Assembly (NCBI GenBank): GCA_946613195.1
Contig: CAMOFE010000002.1
Span: forward strand, 1-60,256
Direction of reading: 5' to 3'
Origin: an uncultured Alphaproteobacteria bacterium
GTDB lineage: Bacteria > Pseudomonadota > Alphaproteobacteria > Rs-D84
DNA: 60,256 nucleotides
Shown: positions 28,305-37,304 of the stretch, piece by piece
Layout: every line of letters starts with the position of its first letter
How positions within the stretch are numbered: the first letter of the stretch is position 1
The notes under the pieces: model-generated
Told to the model about the DNA's origin: nothing
Databases searched by the model: none
What the model saw: the letters and a program-made list of their open reading frames with translations, nothing else
Made by a program: the position numbers and the translations under genes

Positions 28305-28694
28305 TTATTTGTTTGTTTTTTCAGCCGATGTTGCTGCCAAATCTTCAACAATACGTGCCTTTTTACCAGACAAGCCACGCAAGAAGAATAATTTAGCACG
28401 GCGAACACGACCAATACGAACCTTTTCAATTTTTTCAATTGCTGGGCTGTACAGTGGGAATTTGCGTTCCACGCCAACACCATATGATTCACGACGAACT
28501 GTGAACGATGCGTTGTTTCCAGTGCCATTGTCGCGTGCGATAACAACCCCTTCAAAAATCTGGATGCGGAATTTGTCGCCATCTTTGATTTTTACATGGA
28601 TTTTCAGTGTATCACCGGCCTTGAAATTTGGAATTTTTTTATCCGCAGCCAATTTTTCAATTTGTTTCTTTTCAATTTTTTTAATAATGTTCAT
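28305..28694 (-). CDS. rplS: 50S ribosomal protein L19
   Basis: NIIKKIE...[33 protein letters not shown]...FTVRR...[11 protein letters not shown]. The ATG at 28694 is preceded by AAGGAAA and has an ATGA overlap with trmD. Confidence 0.9.
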   Translation of the reverse strand: MNIIKKIEKKQIEKLAADKKIPNFKAGDTLKIHVKIKDGDKFRIQIFEGVVIARDNGTGNNASFTVRRESYGVGVERKFPLYSPAIEKIEKVRIGRVRRAKLFFLRGLSGKKARIVEDLAATSAEKTNK

Positions 28695-29377
28695 TTCTTT
28701 TTTCCTTGTATTAAATCTGGACGTCTTTGTCTTGTTATTTCGTCCGATTGTTGTTTCCGCCACCGTTCAATGTTGCCGTGGTGACCAGACAGCAGGACTT
28801 CTGGGACATTTCGTCCACGCCATACTGACGGGCGGGTGTATAACGGCCATTCCAGCCCCCCGATTTCAAAACTTTCATTTGCAGTGGAATCATCCCCACC
28901 GCCCAGCACATTATCATGCACGCGAACGCAACTGTCAATAAAAACTTGTGCTGCAATTTCGCCACCTGACAGTATATAATCGCCAATAGACAATTCCATT
29001 ATGTCGTATTCATCAATGATACGCTGATCAATACCTTCGTATCGCCCACATAGTAATGTGTATGTCTTGTTTCGCGATTCTGCAAATTCATGAACCATTT
29101 TTTGGTTTAATTGTGGCCCACGTGGTGAAAAGTATATAATTTTACCGCGCTTTTTAACAGAATCAATCGCTGGCCCCAGTACATCAGGACGCATAACCAT
29201 CCCAGCACCACCGCCAAATTGTTCATCATCAACACTGCCATAATTATTTATGGCAAAGTCGCGAATATTTATAATGTTATACGACCAAATATTATTATCC
29301 AGCGCACGTCCAACAACGCCACCCGACAGGGTGCCTGGAAACATTTCTGGAAAAATGGTCAGTATATTAAAGTGCAT
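28691..29377 (-). CDS. trmD: tRNA (guanine37-N1)-methyltransferase
   Basis: [15 protein letters not shown]...GGGAGMVM...[12 protein letters not shown]. Confidence 0.9.
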   Translation of the reverse strand: MHFNILTIFPEMFPGTLSGGVVGRALDNNIWSYNIINIRDFAINNYGSVDDEQFGGGAGMVMRPDVLGPAIDSVKKRGKIIYFSPRGPQLNQKMVHEFAESRNKTYTLLCGRYEGIDQRIIDEYDIMELSIGDYILSGGEIAAQVFIDSCVRVHDNVLGGGDDSTANESFEIGGLEWPLYTRPSVWRGRNVPEVLLSGHHGNIERWRKQQSDEITRQRRPDLIQGKKK

Positions 29378-29611
29378 TTATTTTGTTTTTTGCTGACAAT
29401 GATAACAAATTTGATTCATATGGTCAATTTCTTGCACATATTCTGCACGCGCCAATCTGTATAGTTCCGCGGTTGGTTCCAGCATGGTTTCGTTCGCACC
29501 AAAATGAAACAGTTTTTGTTCTTTCAGGTGTTTGCGTAATGGACAGTTGCGTTCTGTCATCCCCGCTGGGCATTCGTGCCGAATTAAATATGTTGTAAAT
29601 ACTGTAAACAT
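29378..29611 (-). CDS. Small 4-Cys hypothetical protein embedded between rimM and trmD
   Basis: 77 aa. The ATG at 29611 is preceded by AAAGGA at a 6-nt spacing, and the stop abuts the trmD ATG. It carries two Cys pairs (HECPAGMTERNC and CYHC). Confidence 0.55.
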   Translation of the reverse strand: MFTVFTTYLIRHECPAGMTERNCPLRKHLKEQKLFHFGANETMLEPTAELYRLARAEYVQEIDHMNQICYHCQQKTK

Positions 29612-29625
29612 TTCTTGTCCTTTTA

Positions 29626-30093
29626 TTATTTTACAATTATTGTTTTGTTATCCATATCAACTGTTGCGCCAATAAACGATACCATATCACCGTTATCCAG
29701 TTCAATTATATCGCCCGCACCAAAGTTTTGGAAACATACAACTGTGCCAATTTTGATACCGTCGCGTACAACAGACATACCAATTAAATCTGTTTGGTAA
29801 TATTCGTCTGATTTTGTTTGGGGTAGATCTGTGCGATTTATAAACAGTTCAATACCGCGTAATTGCTCAACAGAATTCCTGTCATCAAAGCCATTAATGT
29901 GCGCAATTATAACATCTGATGTTGGATTCAGTCTGCGAATAAAATTAAACGCGTCATGGGTGAACATTTTACTGTGCACACGCATTGTGCGTAAATCTGT
30001 TGGTGATGCAGTATATGTATGAACCCGCACATCACCACGAACACCCTGGGGGGCGACAATTTTTCCAACCAAGATTTCAGAATTATTTTTCAT
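29626..30093 (-). CDS. rimM: Ribosome maturation factor RimM
   Basis: VGKIVAPQGVRGDVRV (RimM N-domain) and a PRC-barrel-like C-terminus. Confidence 0.85.
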   Translation of the reverse strand: MKNNSEILVGKIVAPQGVRGDVRVHTYTASPTDLRTMRVHSKMFTHDAFNFIRRLNPTSDVIIAHINGFDDRNSVEQLRGIELFINRTDLPQTKSDEYYQTDLIGMSVVRDGIKIGTVVCFQNFGAGDIIELDNGDMVSFIGATVDMDNKTIIVK

Positions 30094-30332
30094 TTTGTAT
30101 TGTTGTGTCTGTCTGAAACCAAATATTGATGGATAGATTTTATGTATTCTAATTCATCAATACAGTTTGCGCGTGCATATTCGCATAATAAATCCAGATT
30201 CAGCACATAACTATCCCACAATATACGATATTGTTCTGGGTTGTCAAAACAGACCGAACGAAACGCCCAAAACAGTGCAAATATATATGTTTGTCGGTCA
30301 TAGTTCGGTCTGTGTTTATATGGTTTATACAT
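30090..30332 (-). CDS. Small hypothetical protein embedded between rpsP and rimM
   Basis: 80 aa. TAATG overlap with the rpsP stop and ATGA overlap with the rimM start, so it is coupled at both ends. No family recognised. Confidence 0.5.
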   Translation of the reverse strand: MYKPYKHRPNYDRQTYIFALFWAFRSVCFDNPEQYRILWDSYVLNLDLLCEYARANCIDELEYIKSIHQYLVSDRHNNTK

Positions 30333-30760
30333 TATTCTGCATTATTTTCTGTATCAACTGGTGCTGATTCTGCCTCTTTTGCGGCGGCTTCTGCTGCGGC
30401 TTTTTCTTCGGCTATTTTTGCTAATTTTGCTTCTTTATCTTTGATTTTTTGCTGTGTTTTTTCAGATTGCAAATGTTTCTTGGTCTGAACAGGAATCGCG
30501 CGCTTTTCAGCCAGTCCAGCATTTACCAAGAATTTATATACACGATCAGACGGTTTTGCACCCTTGGCAATCCAAGACTTAATTTCATCAATTTTCAGAA
30601 TAACGCGTTTATCGTTATCACGTGCCAACATTGGGTCGTATTTTCCAACAACTTCCAGTATGTTTCCAGAATTACGTGCATTGCGTGAATCTGTAACGAC
30701 GATGTGATAATACGGACGTTTTTTTGCACCATAACGCGCCAAACGAATAACTGTTGCCAT
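30332..30760 (-). CDS. rpsP: 30S ribosomal protein S16 (with Lys/Ala/Glu-rich C-terminal extension)
   Basis: [43 protein letters not shown]. Confidence 0.9.
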   Translation of the reverse strand: MATVIRLARYGAKKRPYYHIVVTDSRNARNSGNILEVVGKYDPMLARDNDKRVILKIDEIKSWIAKGAKPSDRVYKFLVNAGLAEKRAIPVQTKKHLQSEKTQQKIKDKEAKLAKIAEEKAAAEAAAKEAESAPVDTENNAE

Positions 30761-30977
30761 ATTTTATTTCCTTTTTGTTTTTTTATGACTTTTGCCCACA
30801 CAGAAAACCGCCACCAAGGGCGAACACTCGCCGGATGATGTACCAATGCAAACCTGCATCTGGTGTTTTATAAATGGCAATCTTGTGGGATTTGCAAGGC
30901 GATTATTGCGCCTTTTTTATCAAAAGTCAAATATTTTCTGGACTTTATATGTCGTACGATATAGAATACAACCTATT

Positions 30978-31051
30978 GCGGGCGTGGTATAATGGCAGCA
31001 CGAAAGCTTCCCAAGCTTTAGACGAGGGTTCGATTCCCTTCGCCCGCACCA
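30978..31051 (+). tRNA. tRNA-Gly(CCC)
   Basis: GCGGGCG TG GTAT..GCAC G AAAGC TTCCCAA GCTTT AGAC GAGGG TTCGATT CCCTT CGCCCGC ACCA. Nearly identical in architecture to enterobacterial glyU. Confidence 0.9.
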
Positions 31052-31083
31052 AAAATTCAATCGGCATTTTGCCGATTTAACTT

Positions 31084-31497
31084 TTACTTGTGTTTGCCAC
31101 GACATTTTCCGGCACAGAATTTGGTTTCAGATACATGTTTTATTGATTTGTGTTTCGCTTTTTTCTGAAATTCTTGGTGTGTATTGTCTTGATACAACGA
31201 AATCCTGTGGGATGCACATAAATAATTTATTATAATGCGTTTACCTTTATCTTCATTACAGTGTTTGTGCATTGGTAATAAATTACTGATATTATCATTA
31301 CCACCGCGTGCCTTGGGCCAGATATGATCCCATGAAAATTCTTCCATGTCAGAAATTGGTTTGTTGCATTCAGGACACATAACATAAATTTTATGTGCAG
31401 CCAAGATTCTTAATATGCTTTTTATTTCGCGTGGGGTTATTTCATCTGTTACCAATAATAGTGCAGACAATACATTGCGTATATCATCAGGTGTCAT
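31084..31497 (-). CDS. HNH endonuclease family protein
   Basis: CPECNKPI...WDHIWPKARGGNDNISNLLPMHKHCNEDKG has the zinc-finger Cys pair plus the H-N-H catalytic core. Basic C-terminal tail. Confidence 0.75.
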   Translation of the reverse strand: MTPDDIRNVLSALLLVTDEITPREIKSILRILAAHKIYVMCPECNKPISDMEEFSWDHIWPKARGGNDNISNLLPMHKHCNEDKGKRIIINYLCASHRISLYQDNTHQEFQKKAKHKSIKHVSETKFCAGKCRGKHK

Positions 31498-31519
31498 TTT
31501 TTGGATCCCTTACATTAAA

Positions 31520-31777
31520 TTAACGTTGTCGGTTGCTGGGGTTGCGCAATAGTTGGGTGTATTTTTCAATATCGCGCATCAGTGATTTATAAACTTTTTT
31601 AGAATGTTTGTTAGTCATAATTGTTGCACAACGTTTTTTTATTTCCGCATACAGTTGAACATTTCCAATTCGTTGTGCCAATGTCGCCAAAGAATTGAAT
31701 TGCGCCAATAATTCCGACCATTCATCATATTGATGACCAGCCAAATATTTATTTTTATTAGCGCGTTTTTCATTCAT
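31520..31777 (-). CDS. Small helical hypothetical protein (85 aa)
   Basis: The ATG at 31777 forms an ATGA overlap with the stop of the LysM gene. The longer 131-aa track ORF would overlap the LysM domain in another frame. Confidence 0.45.
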   Translation of the reverse strand: MNEKRANKNKYLAGHQYDEWSELLAQFNSLATLAQRIGNVQLYAEIKKRCATIMTNKHSKKVYKSLMRDIEKYTQLLRNPSNRQR

Positions 31778-32925
31778 TGTTTGCGACCTTGGATTGGTAT
31801 AACCAGTTTCTGTTTCGGGTAAATCAAGTTCGGATTCTGGATATTGTTTCTGTCGGCAATAATGCTGAACAAAACGCCGCGCCGCATAAAGTTGCGTGCA
31901 ATAATCCATAAACAATCGCCACTGCGTACAGTATAAAATGTATCACTGTTGCCAGTTGAATTTGGCATTATAAAACTGTGTCCGATTTGGGAAATTGTAT
32001 GTCCTGAACCATCGTGCAGACGAATTGTTAATACATATCTTTTTCCTGGGGTCAGTTTTTCAACATCTGCACCCAATCCAAAATTTTTATGGTCTGATAC
32101 GCGTGCAAACCCCAGATATTTATCATTTAGCGATAGCGATACGCGCATCCGTGGCAGTGCTGTTCCACTGACCACAATGCGACCCGTGTCCAGATAATCA
32201 ATCTTGGATACATTCAGATCGCCATCGGCCAGAATTGTTGGTGCTTGTAAAATACGGCTGCCGTCGGATGTCATCAGTAAAGACATTGAATTATCTGCGC
32301 CACGTGGTGATATGTACAAGAATACACGGTCGTCTGATTTTTTATTATTGTCTGCACCAATCAATGAAACAGTATAATTTCCTGGGCGCAGTGCGTTGCG
32401 TGGCGCATAAGTAAATTCGCCATCTGAATTTGTACGTTCTGTTGCAACAATTTTGTTGTTGATAACCACGGAAACATTTTTATCTGCGACCCATCGACCA
32501 GCAATAACAACCGTGCCATTTGGATCAATTCGTACAATATCAAAAGATGGTGTTGTTGATTCTGATACTGTTTTTACAACCGGTTCTGGGACAGCGGGTA
32601 CAATAATTATACGATGATATGTTTCAGGACGAAAAAATATCACCCATATTGCAACCAATATAACCAATATTGCACAAACAATCGGGAACCAGTATGCGCG
32701 CAAACCGCGTTCACGATTTTTACGTGGCGTTGGTTGTGAATTTGTTTGTGTGTTTTCTGGTTCAGACGGTTTTGCAAAAAAGTTTAAGCGTCTTAAAAAA
32801 CGTCTGGTAAAATGCCGTCTGTTTTCCATCCATTCATTTTGTTGATTGATGGCGTCATCAATCATTTCATCTGTGGAACGTTTTGTTTTACCAATATTCG
32901 TATTTTTAGTGCGTCTGGGTGCCAT
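31774..32925 (-). CDS. LysM peptidoglycan-binding protein with N-terminal TM anchor and Ig-like repeats
   Basis: C-terminal YTVRSGDCLWIIARNF...IADRNNIQNPNLIYPKQKLVIP is a LysM domain. Upstream are the TM helix YWFPIVCAILVILVAIWVIFF and a repeated beta-rich region (FDIVRIDPNGTVVIAG...). The ATG at 32925 is preceded by AGGAGA. Confidence 0.8.
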   Translation of the reverse strand: MAPRRTKNTNIGKTKRSTDEMIDDAINQQNEWMENRRHFTRRFLRRLNFFAKPSEPENTQTNSQPTPRKNRERGLRAYWFPIVCAILVILVAIWVIFFRPETYHRIIIVPAVPEPVVKTVSESTTPSFDIVRIDPNGTVVIAGRWVADKNVSVVINNKIVATERTNSDGEFTYAPRNALRPGNYTVSLIGADNNKKSDDRVFLYISPRGADNSMSLLMTSDGSRILQAPTILADGDLNVSKIDYLDTGRIVVSGTALPRMRVSLSLNDKYLGFARVSDHKNFGLGADVEKLTPGKRYVLTIRLHDGSGHTISQIGHSFIMPNSTGNSDTFYTVRSGDCLWIIARNFMRRGVLFSIIADRNNIQNPNLIYPKQKLVIPIQGRKQ

Positions 32926-33036
32926 AATAAAATCTCCTGAAACAAAAGAGTTGTTTATAGACAAATTATTGCAAAAATACTTTGTTTGTCAAGTTGTTTG
33001 TGATATACTGATTTCTGTTAAAACATAGGATAAAAA

Positions 33037-34128
33037 ATGGCTGTTAAAAAAATAGGAATTATGACCACTGGCGGTGATTGTTCGGGGTTGAATGCGGCTA
33101 TTGCAAATATTGTTCGTGGTGCTGCAACGCGTGGTTGGCGTGTGGTTGGTATTATGGATGGTACAGATGGCTTAACGACAGCAGTGCCAAATGTTGTTGA
33201 ATTGAATTCGTGCGATATGCCAACAGATATGTATCGTATTGCAGGCAGTATTCTGGGTAATGGTCGTGCCGGCGTTATGAATTTTGAGCATGCCGCAGCA
33301 ACAAACAAATTAAAGCAATTTAATGAAAAATTGCGCGATTCAATAAAAAAGTTAAAACTGGATGCGTTGATTCTGGTTGGTGGCAACGGCAGTTTATCGC
33401 TGGCGTGGTCTAATCGTTGGATTTATTCAGATGTGCAACTGGTGTGTATCCCAAAGACTATTGATATGGATATTCCGTGTACAGAACGCACGATTGGGTT
33501 TGATACGGCTGTGCAGCAAATTGTATCTTATTGCGACCAGTTAATGTTAACTGCGCGCAGTCATCATCGTTGGTTTATTGTGCAAACGATGGGACGTGCA
33601 TGTGGCCAGTTGGCATTGCATTCTGGTGTTGCGGTTGGTGCGCGTGCGATATTAATACCAGAAATCAAGTTTGATATAAATTCACTGATATCGCATATAA
33701 CATCTGCATCACACGATTACGGAATAATTATGGTTGCCGAAGGGGTGCGTGTGCGTGGACATTCGGGTGCGCCGGCTGAAATTATTTCCAGAAAATTATC
33801 TGCGGCGGGTATTGTAAATCGTACAGCGTTTCCTGGACATATACAACGGGCAGGGGACACAACCATAAACGACAGAATTTTATCTGCGCAAATGGCGGAA
33901 TGTGCGATTGATGCAATTGAAAACAATGAAACATATGTTATGACAGGTTATAAAAATGGATGCTGTCAAACGATTGGGTTGGCTGATTTTTATGCCGCTG
34001 GTCGTGTTGTTGACGATCCAAATATTACAGGGATGAAAACATCAAACGCATATGTTGCGCCAGATAATCCGTTGCTGGAAATTGCCAATGGAATGGGAAT
34101 TTATATTGGTGAAAGTAAAAAAAGATAG
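33037..34128 (+). CDS. pfk: Phosphofructokinase family protein (6-phosphofructokinase)
   Basis: IGIMTTGGDCSGLNAAI, LILVGGNGS, IPKTIDMDI, MGRACGQLAL are PFK-A family motifs. Phosphoryl donor specificity not resolved. Confidence 0.8.
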   Translation: MAVKKIGIMTTGGDCSGLNAAIANIVRGAATRGWRVVGIMDGTDGLTTAVPNVVELNSCDMPTDMYRIAGSILGNGRAGVMNFEHAAATNKLKQFNEKLRDSIKKLKLDALILVGGNGSLSLAWSNRWIYSDVQLVCIPKTIDMDIPCTERTIGFDTAVQQIVSYCDQLMLTARSHHRWFIVQTMGRACGQLALHSGVAVGARAILIPEIKFDINSLISHITSASHDYGIIMVAEGVRVRGHSGAPAEIISRKLSAAGIVNRTAFPGHIQRAGDTTINDRILSAQMAECAIDAIENNETYVMTGYKNGCCQTIGLADFYAAGRVVDDPNITGMKTSNAYVAPDNPLLEIANGMGIYIGESKKR

Positions 34129-34142
34129 GATTTTTTATTTTC

Positions 34143-34170
34143 TTGATTATAAAACCGTCGTGTATATAAT
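34143..34170 (+). promoter_or_regulatory. Candidate sigma70-type promoter upstream of rnj
   Basis: TTGATT (34143-34148), 16-nt spacer, TATAAT (34165-34170). Confidence 0.3.
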
Positions 34171-34287
34171 TCTTTGGCGCGATATATTTGGTGCGCCACC
34201 ACCAGATTCACTAGGAATAAAACAATTTTTATTCGCAATGAATTGCGTGGTTGGCGTGAATGTTTAACAAAAATAAAAGGATAAATA

Positions 34288-36105
34288 ATGGTAAAAGTAC
34301 GCGAAAAAAAAGCGAATACTGAATCTGCATCGGCAGATAAAGAAATAAAAAAAACATCGGGCAAACCTGCAAAAATTATCGGAAAACCGGCCCCGGAATC
34401 TGATGCGAATGATGAAAAAATGTATTTTATGGCATTGGGTGGTCTGGAACATATCGGTCAGAATATGTACCTGTATAAATACAAGGGTAAATTTCTGATT
34501 GTTGATTGCGGTATGGGTTTCCTGGAAGAAGAAATAGGGGCAGGGGATGTTCAATACTGTGATACAACATGGTTGGAAAAGCGCAAGAAAGATGTTATCG
34601 GTTTTGTAATAACCCATGGCCACGAAGACCACATTGGTGCGTTAAAATTCATTTGGCCAAAATTCAGAAAACCAATTTATTGTACGCGTTTCCCGGCGGA
34701 AATTCTGCGCCGCACTTTTGCAGGATTGGAAATGGATTTTGATGCCAAAAAAGACATTGTTGAATTTGATCATCATGGTGCAATATTGAATCTGCCACCG
34801 TTTACGGTTGAAACGTTCCATGTTTCGCATTCTGTGCCCGAAGCGCAAATGTTAATCATCCAAACCCCCGCGGGCAAGGTTTTGCATACAGGCGACTGGA
34901 CATTTAATGACGACAACCCCATAGAAGATACCACAGATTATGCGCGCTTGCGTGAAATTGGGTCTGACCCGAAATTATTGGCGTGCGTGTGTGATTCTAC
35001 ATCTGCATCGCGTCAAACTGTTCAGACAACAGAAACCCAGGTTCGTGAAAGTTTGACCAAGATTATGAAAGATGCGCCTGGACGTGTTTTTGTAACAGGT
35101 TATTCGCGCAGTATCGCGCGTCTGAAAATGTTCGCGCAGGCGGCGCATGATGCGGGCCGTGTTGCGGCAATCAAAGAACGCAGTAATCCAAACCCTGTTC
35201 CATATGTTGGTTTGCCAGAATTCCGTGAAATCGGTGTTGAATTTGGTTATCTGAACAAAGATGATACATATCTGCACAGTGATATAAACGATTTGCCGGC
35301 AAATAAACAGGCAATTTACTTAACTGGTTCCCAAGGCGAAAAATACGCAATGTTAACGCGTCTGTGCCACGGCCAGGTTAAAGAATTAAAATTACAACCA
35401 ACAGACACTGTTCTGTTCAGCGCAATTATAATTCCAGGTCGTGAACAAGATGTTTCGTATCTGTATAATAAATTGGCGCGTATGGGTATTAAAACGCATA
35501 CTATATTTGATACAGATAACTTGCATGCCAGTGGCCACGCCGGTCGTCCAGAGTTTGAGAGATTTTATGATATGGTTCATCCCCAGGTATCAATCCCGAT
35601 GCATGGCGATTATATCAATGAAATGTTGAACGGCAAAATGGCAATGGAACGTGGTGGTGCAAAACATATGATGGTTGTGCACAATGGCGAAATGATTGCA
35701 CTGGCAGATGGCGCGGCACCGTATATCTGTGAAACGATTGATGCGCGTTTTGTTGTAATGGAGGGTGAAACCGAACGCAGTGCCAACGACCAAGTGTATA
35801 AAAATCGCAAGAAAATTGCGACAAACGGTGCGGTATTTGTAACATTGCCCGTGGACAAACGCGGATTTCTAAAAGGCATGCCCGAGGTTTCATCAGCCGG
35901 TATTTTTGAGACAGACGATACCGGATTTATGAAACGTCAAATTCAGATTGAAATCACGCGTGCGATTGATGGTTTGACCAAGGCAGAACGCAAAGACAAT
36001 GCGAATTTGATAAAAGCAGTCCAGACCGCGTCAAACAAAGTTGTTCGTGCATCATTGGGTTCTGACAAAAAACCACAATACAGCGTGCACTTTGTTCAGA
36101 AATAA
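34288..36105 (+). CDS. rnj: Ribonuclease J
   Basis: Metallo-beta-lactamase motif ITHGHEDHIGAL and beta-CASP region, with an overall length typical of RNase J. It has an N-terminal Lys-rich extension. Confidence 0.85.
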   Translation: MVKVREKKANTESASADKEIKKTSGKPAKIIGKPAPESDANDEKMYFMALGGLEHIGQNMYLYKYKGKFLIVDCGMGFLEEEIGAGDVQYCDTTWLEKRKKDVIGFVITHGHEDHIGALKFIWPKFRKPIYCTRFPAEILRRTFAGLEMDFDAKKDIVEFDHHGAILNLPPFTVETFHVSHSVPEAQMLIIQTPAGKVLHTGDWTFNDDNPIEDTTDYARLREIGSDPKLLACVCDSTSASRQTVQTTETQVRESLTKIMKDAPGRVFVTGYSRSIARLKMFAQAAHDAGRVAAIKERSNPNPVPYVGLPEFREIGVEFGYLNKDDTYLHSDINDLPANKQAIYLTGSQGEKYAMLTRLCHGQVKELKLQPTDTVLFSAIIIPGREQDVSYLYNKLARMGIKTHTIFDTDNLHASGHAGRPEFERFYDMVHPQVSIPMHGDYINEMLNGKMAMERGGAKHMMVVHNGEMIALADGAAPYICETIDARFVVMEGETERSANDQVYKNRKKIATNGAVFVTLPVDKRGFLKGMPEVSSAGIFETDDTGFMKRQIQIEITRAIDGLTKAERKDNANLIKAVQTASNKVVRASLGSDKKPQYSVHFVQK

Positions 36106-36132
36106 AAAATCGCGCCGGTGGCGCGATTTTTT
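36104..36132. terminator. Bidirectional intrinsic terminator (rnj / prfB)
   Basis: AAAAAATCGCGCC-GGT-GGCGCGATTTTTT, identical over 29 nt to 53867-53895. Confidence 0.8.
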
Positions 36133-37199
36133 ATCTTTGCAACATTGCCAGCATAAAATCATCTAAATCACCGTCCAAAACCGCATCTGAATCAGTCTTT
36201 TCAACACCTGTGCGAACATCTTTGACCAGTTGATACGGGTACAAGACATAATTGCGAATTTGGCTGCCCCACTCAATTTTCTTTTGTGCGGCGCGTGCGC
36301 TGTCTGCGGCGGCGGCGCGTTTTTGCATTTCCATTTCATACAGGCGCGAACGCAACATTTTCATTGCCATATCTTTGTTTTGGAACTGACTGCGTTCGTT
36401 TTGACACGTAACCACAATGCCCGTTGGAATATGTGTTATACGAATTGCAGAATCTGTTTTGTTTACGTGTTGTCCACCGGCACCTGATGCGCGAAATGTA
36501 TCAATCCGCAAATCTTTTTCATTTATTTCAATTTCAATATTGTCGTCAATGTCGGGCCAAACATCAACTGATGCAAAACTGGTCTGGCGTTTGCCATTTG
36601 CATTAAAAGGCGAAATGCGAACCAAACGATGAACACCGACTTCGTTTTTTAACCAACCATATGCCCGCAGGCCCGATATACGATATGTTATGCTTTTAAT
36701 ACCTGCGACATCACCTGGGTGTTCTTCTATTATTTCTGTTGTAAACCCATGACGTTCTGCCCAACGCACATACATTCGCGATAACATTTGCGCCCAATCT
36801 TGGGCCTCGGTCCCGCCGGCACCGGCCTGGATAAACAAGAACGCGCCATCTTTATCTGCGGGTTCAGAAAACAAGGTTATAAATTTTGCGCTGTGTGTTT
36901 CATTTGCCAACAATTCAATGCCAGATATAACATCAGAATCATCGGGCGCAATTTCATATAATTCGCGTAAATTGTTGTATTCTGATTCCAGGGCTAAAAA
37001 TTCATTCAGTGATTTTTCCAGCGCGGATTTCTTTTGCAAGATTGCGCGCGCGTTGTCTGGATTATTCCATAATTCTGGATTATTTGCGTCTTGTTCCAAT
37101 GTGGCAATTTCAGATTTTAATTTATCTGGGTCAAAGGAACCCCCTTAGCGATTCTATATCGCCTGCGATTTGTTGTAAAACTTCGTTAGGTATAATCAT
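36131..37199 (-). CDS. prfB: Peptide chain release factor 2 (programmed +1 frameshift)
   Basis: Frame 0 runs from ATG 37199 (MIIPNEVLQQIAGDIESLRGFL) to an in-frame TGA at 37133-37131. The +1 frame continues DPDKLKSEIATLEQDANNPELW... through SPF/GGQ (SGAGGQHVN) to 36131. Confidence 0.9.
37130..37145 (-). promoter_or_regulatory. prfB +1 programmed frameshift site
   Basis: Minus strand AGGGGG TTC CTT TGA C has an SD-like element 3 nt upstream of the slippery CTT followed by the TGA C stop context, as in E. coli prfB. Confidence 0.9.
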
Positions 37200-37304
37200 A
37201 ATGAATTATTTTATCAGTAAAAAATATCAAATCAACCCAATAAATGATGATTGCCTTTTGGATTAGAATATGATAAAATAAGTCTAACAGAGAGGGAATA
37301 TTCC

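Noticed and set aside
28300-28941. 213-aa plus-strand ORF spanning rplS/trmD.
   Set aside because: It is antisense to two highly conserved genes, so it is spurious.
31778-31915. N-terminal extension of the 131-aa track ORF overlapping the LysM gene.
   Set aside because: It would overlap the well-formed LysM domain in another frame by about 135 nt. An internal ATG at 31777 gives a clean ATGA coupling instead.
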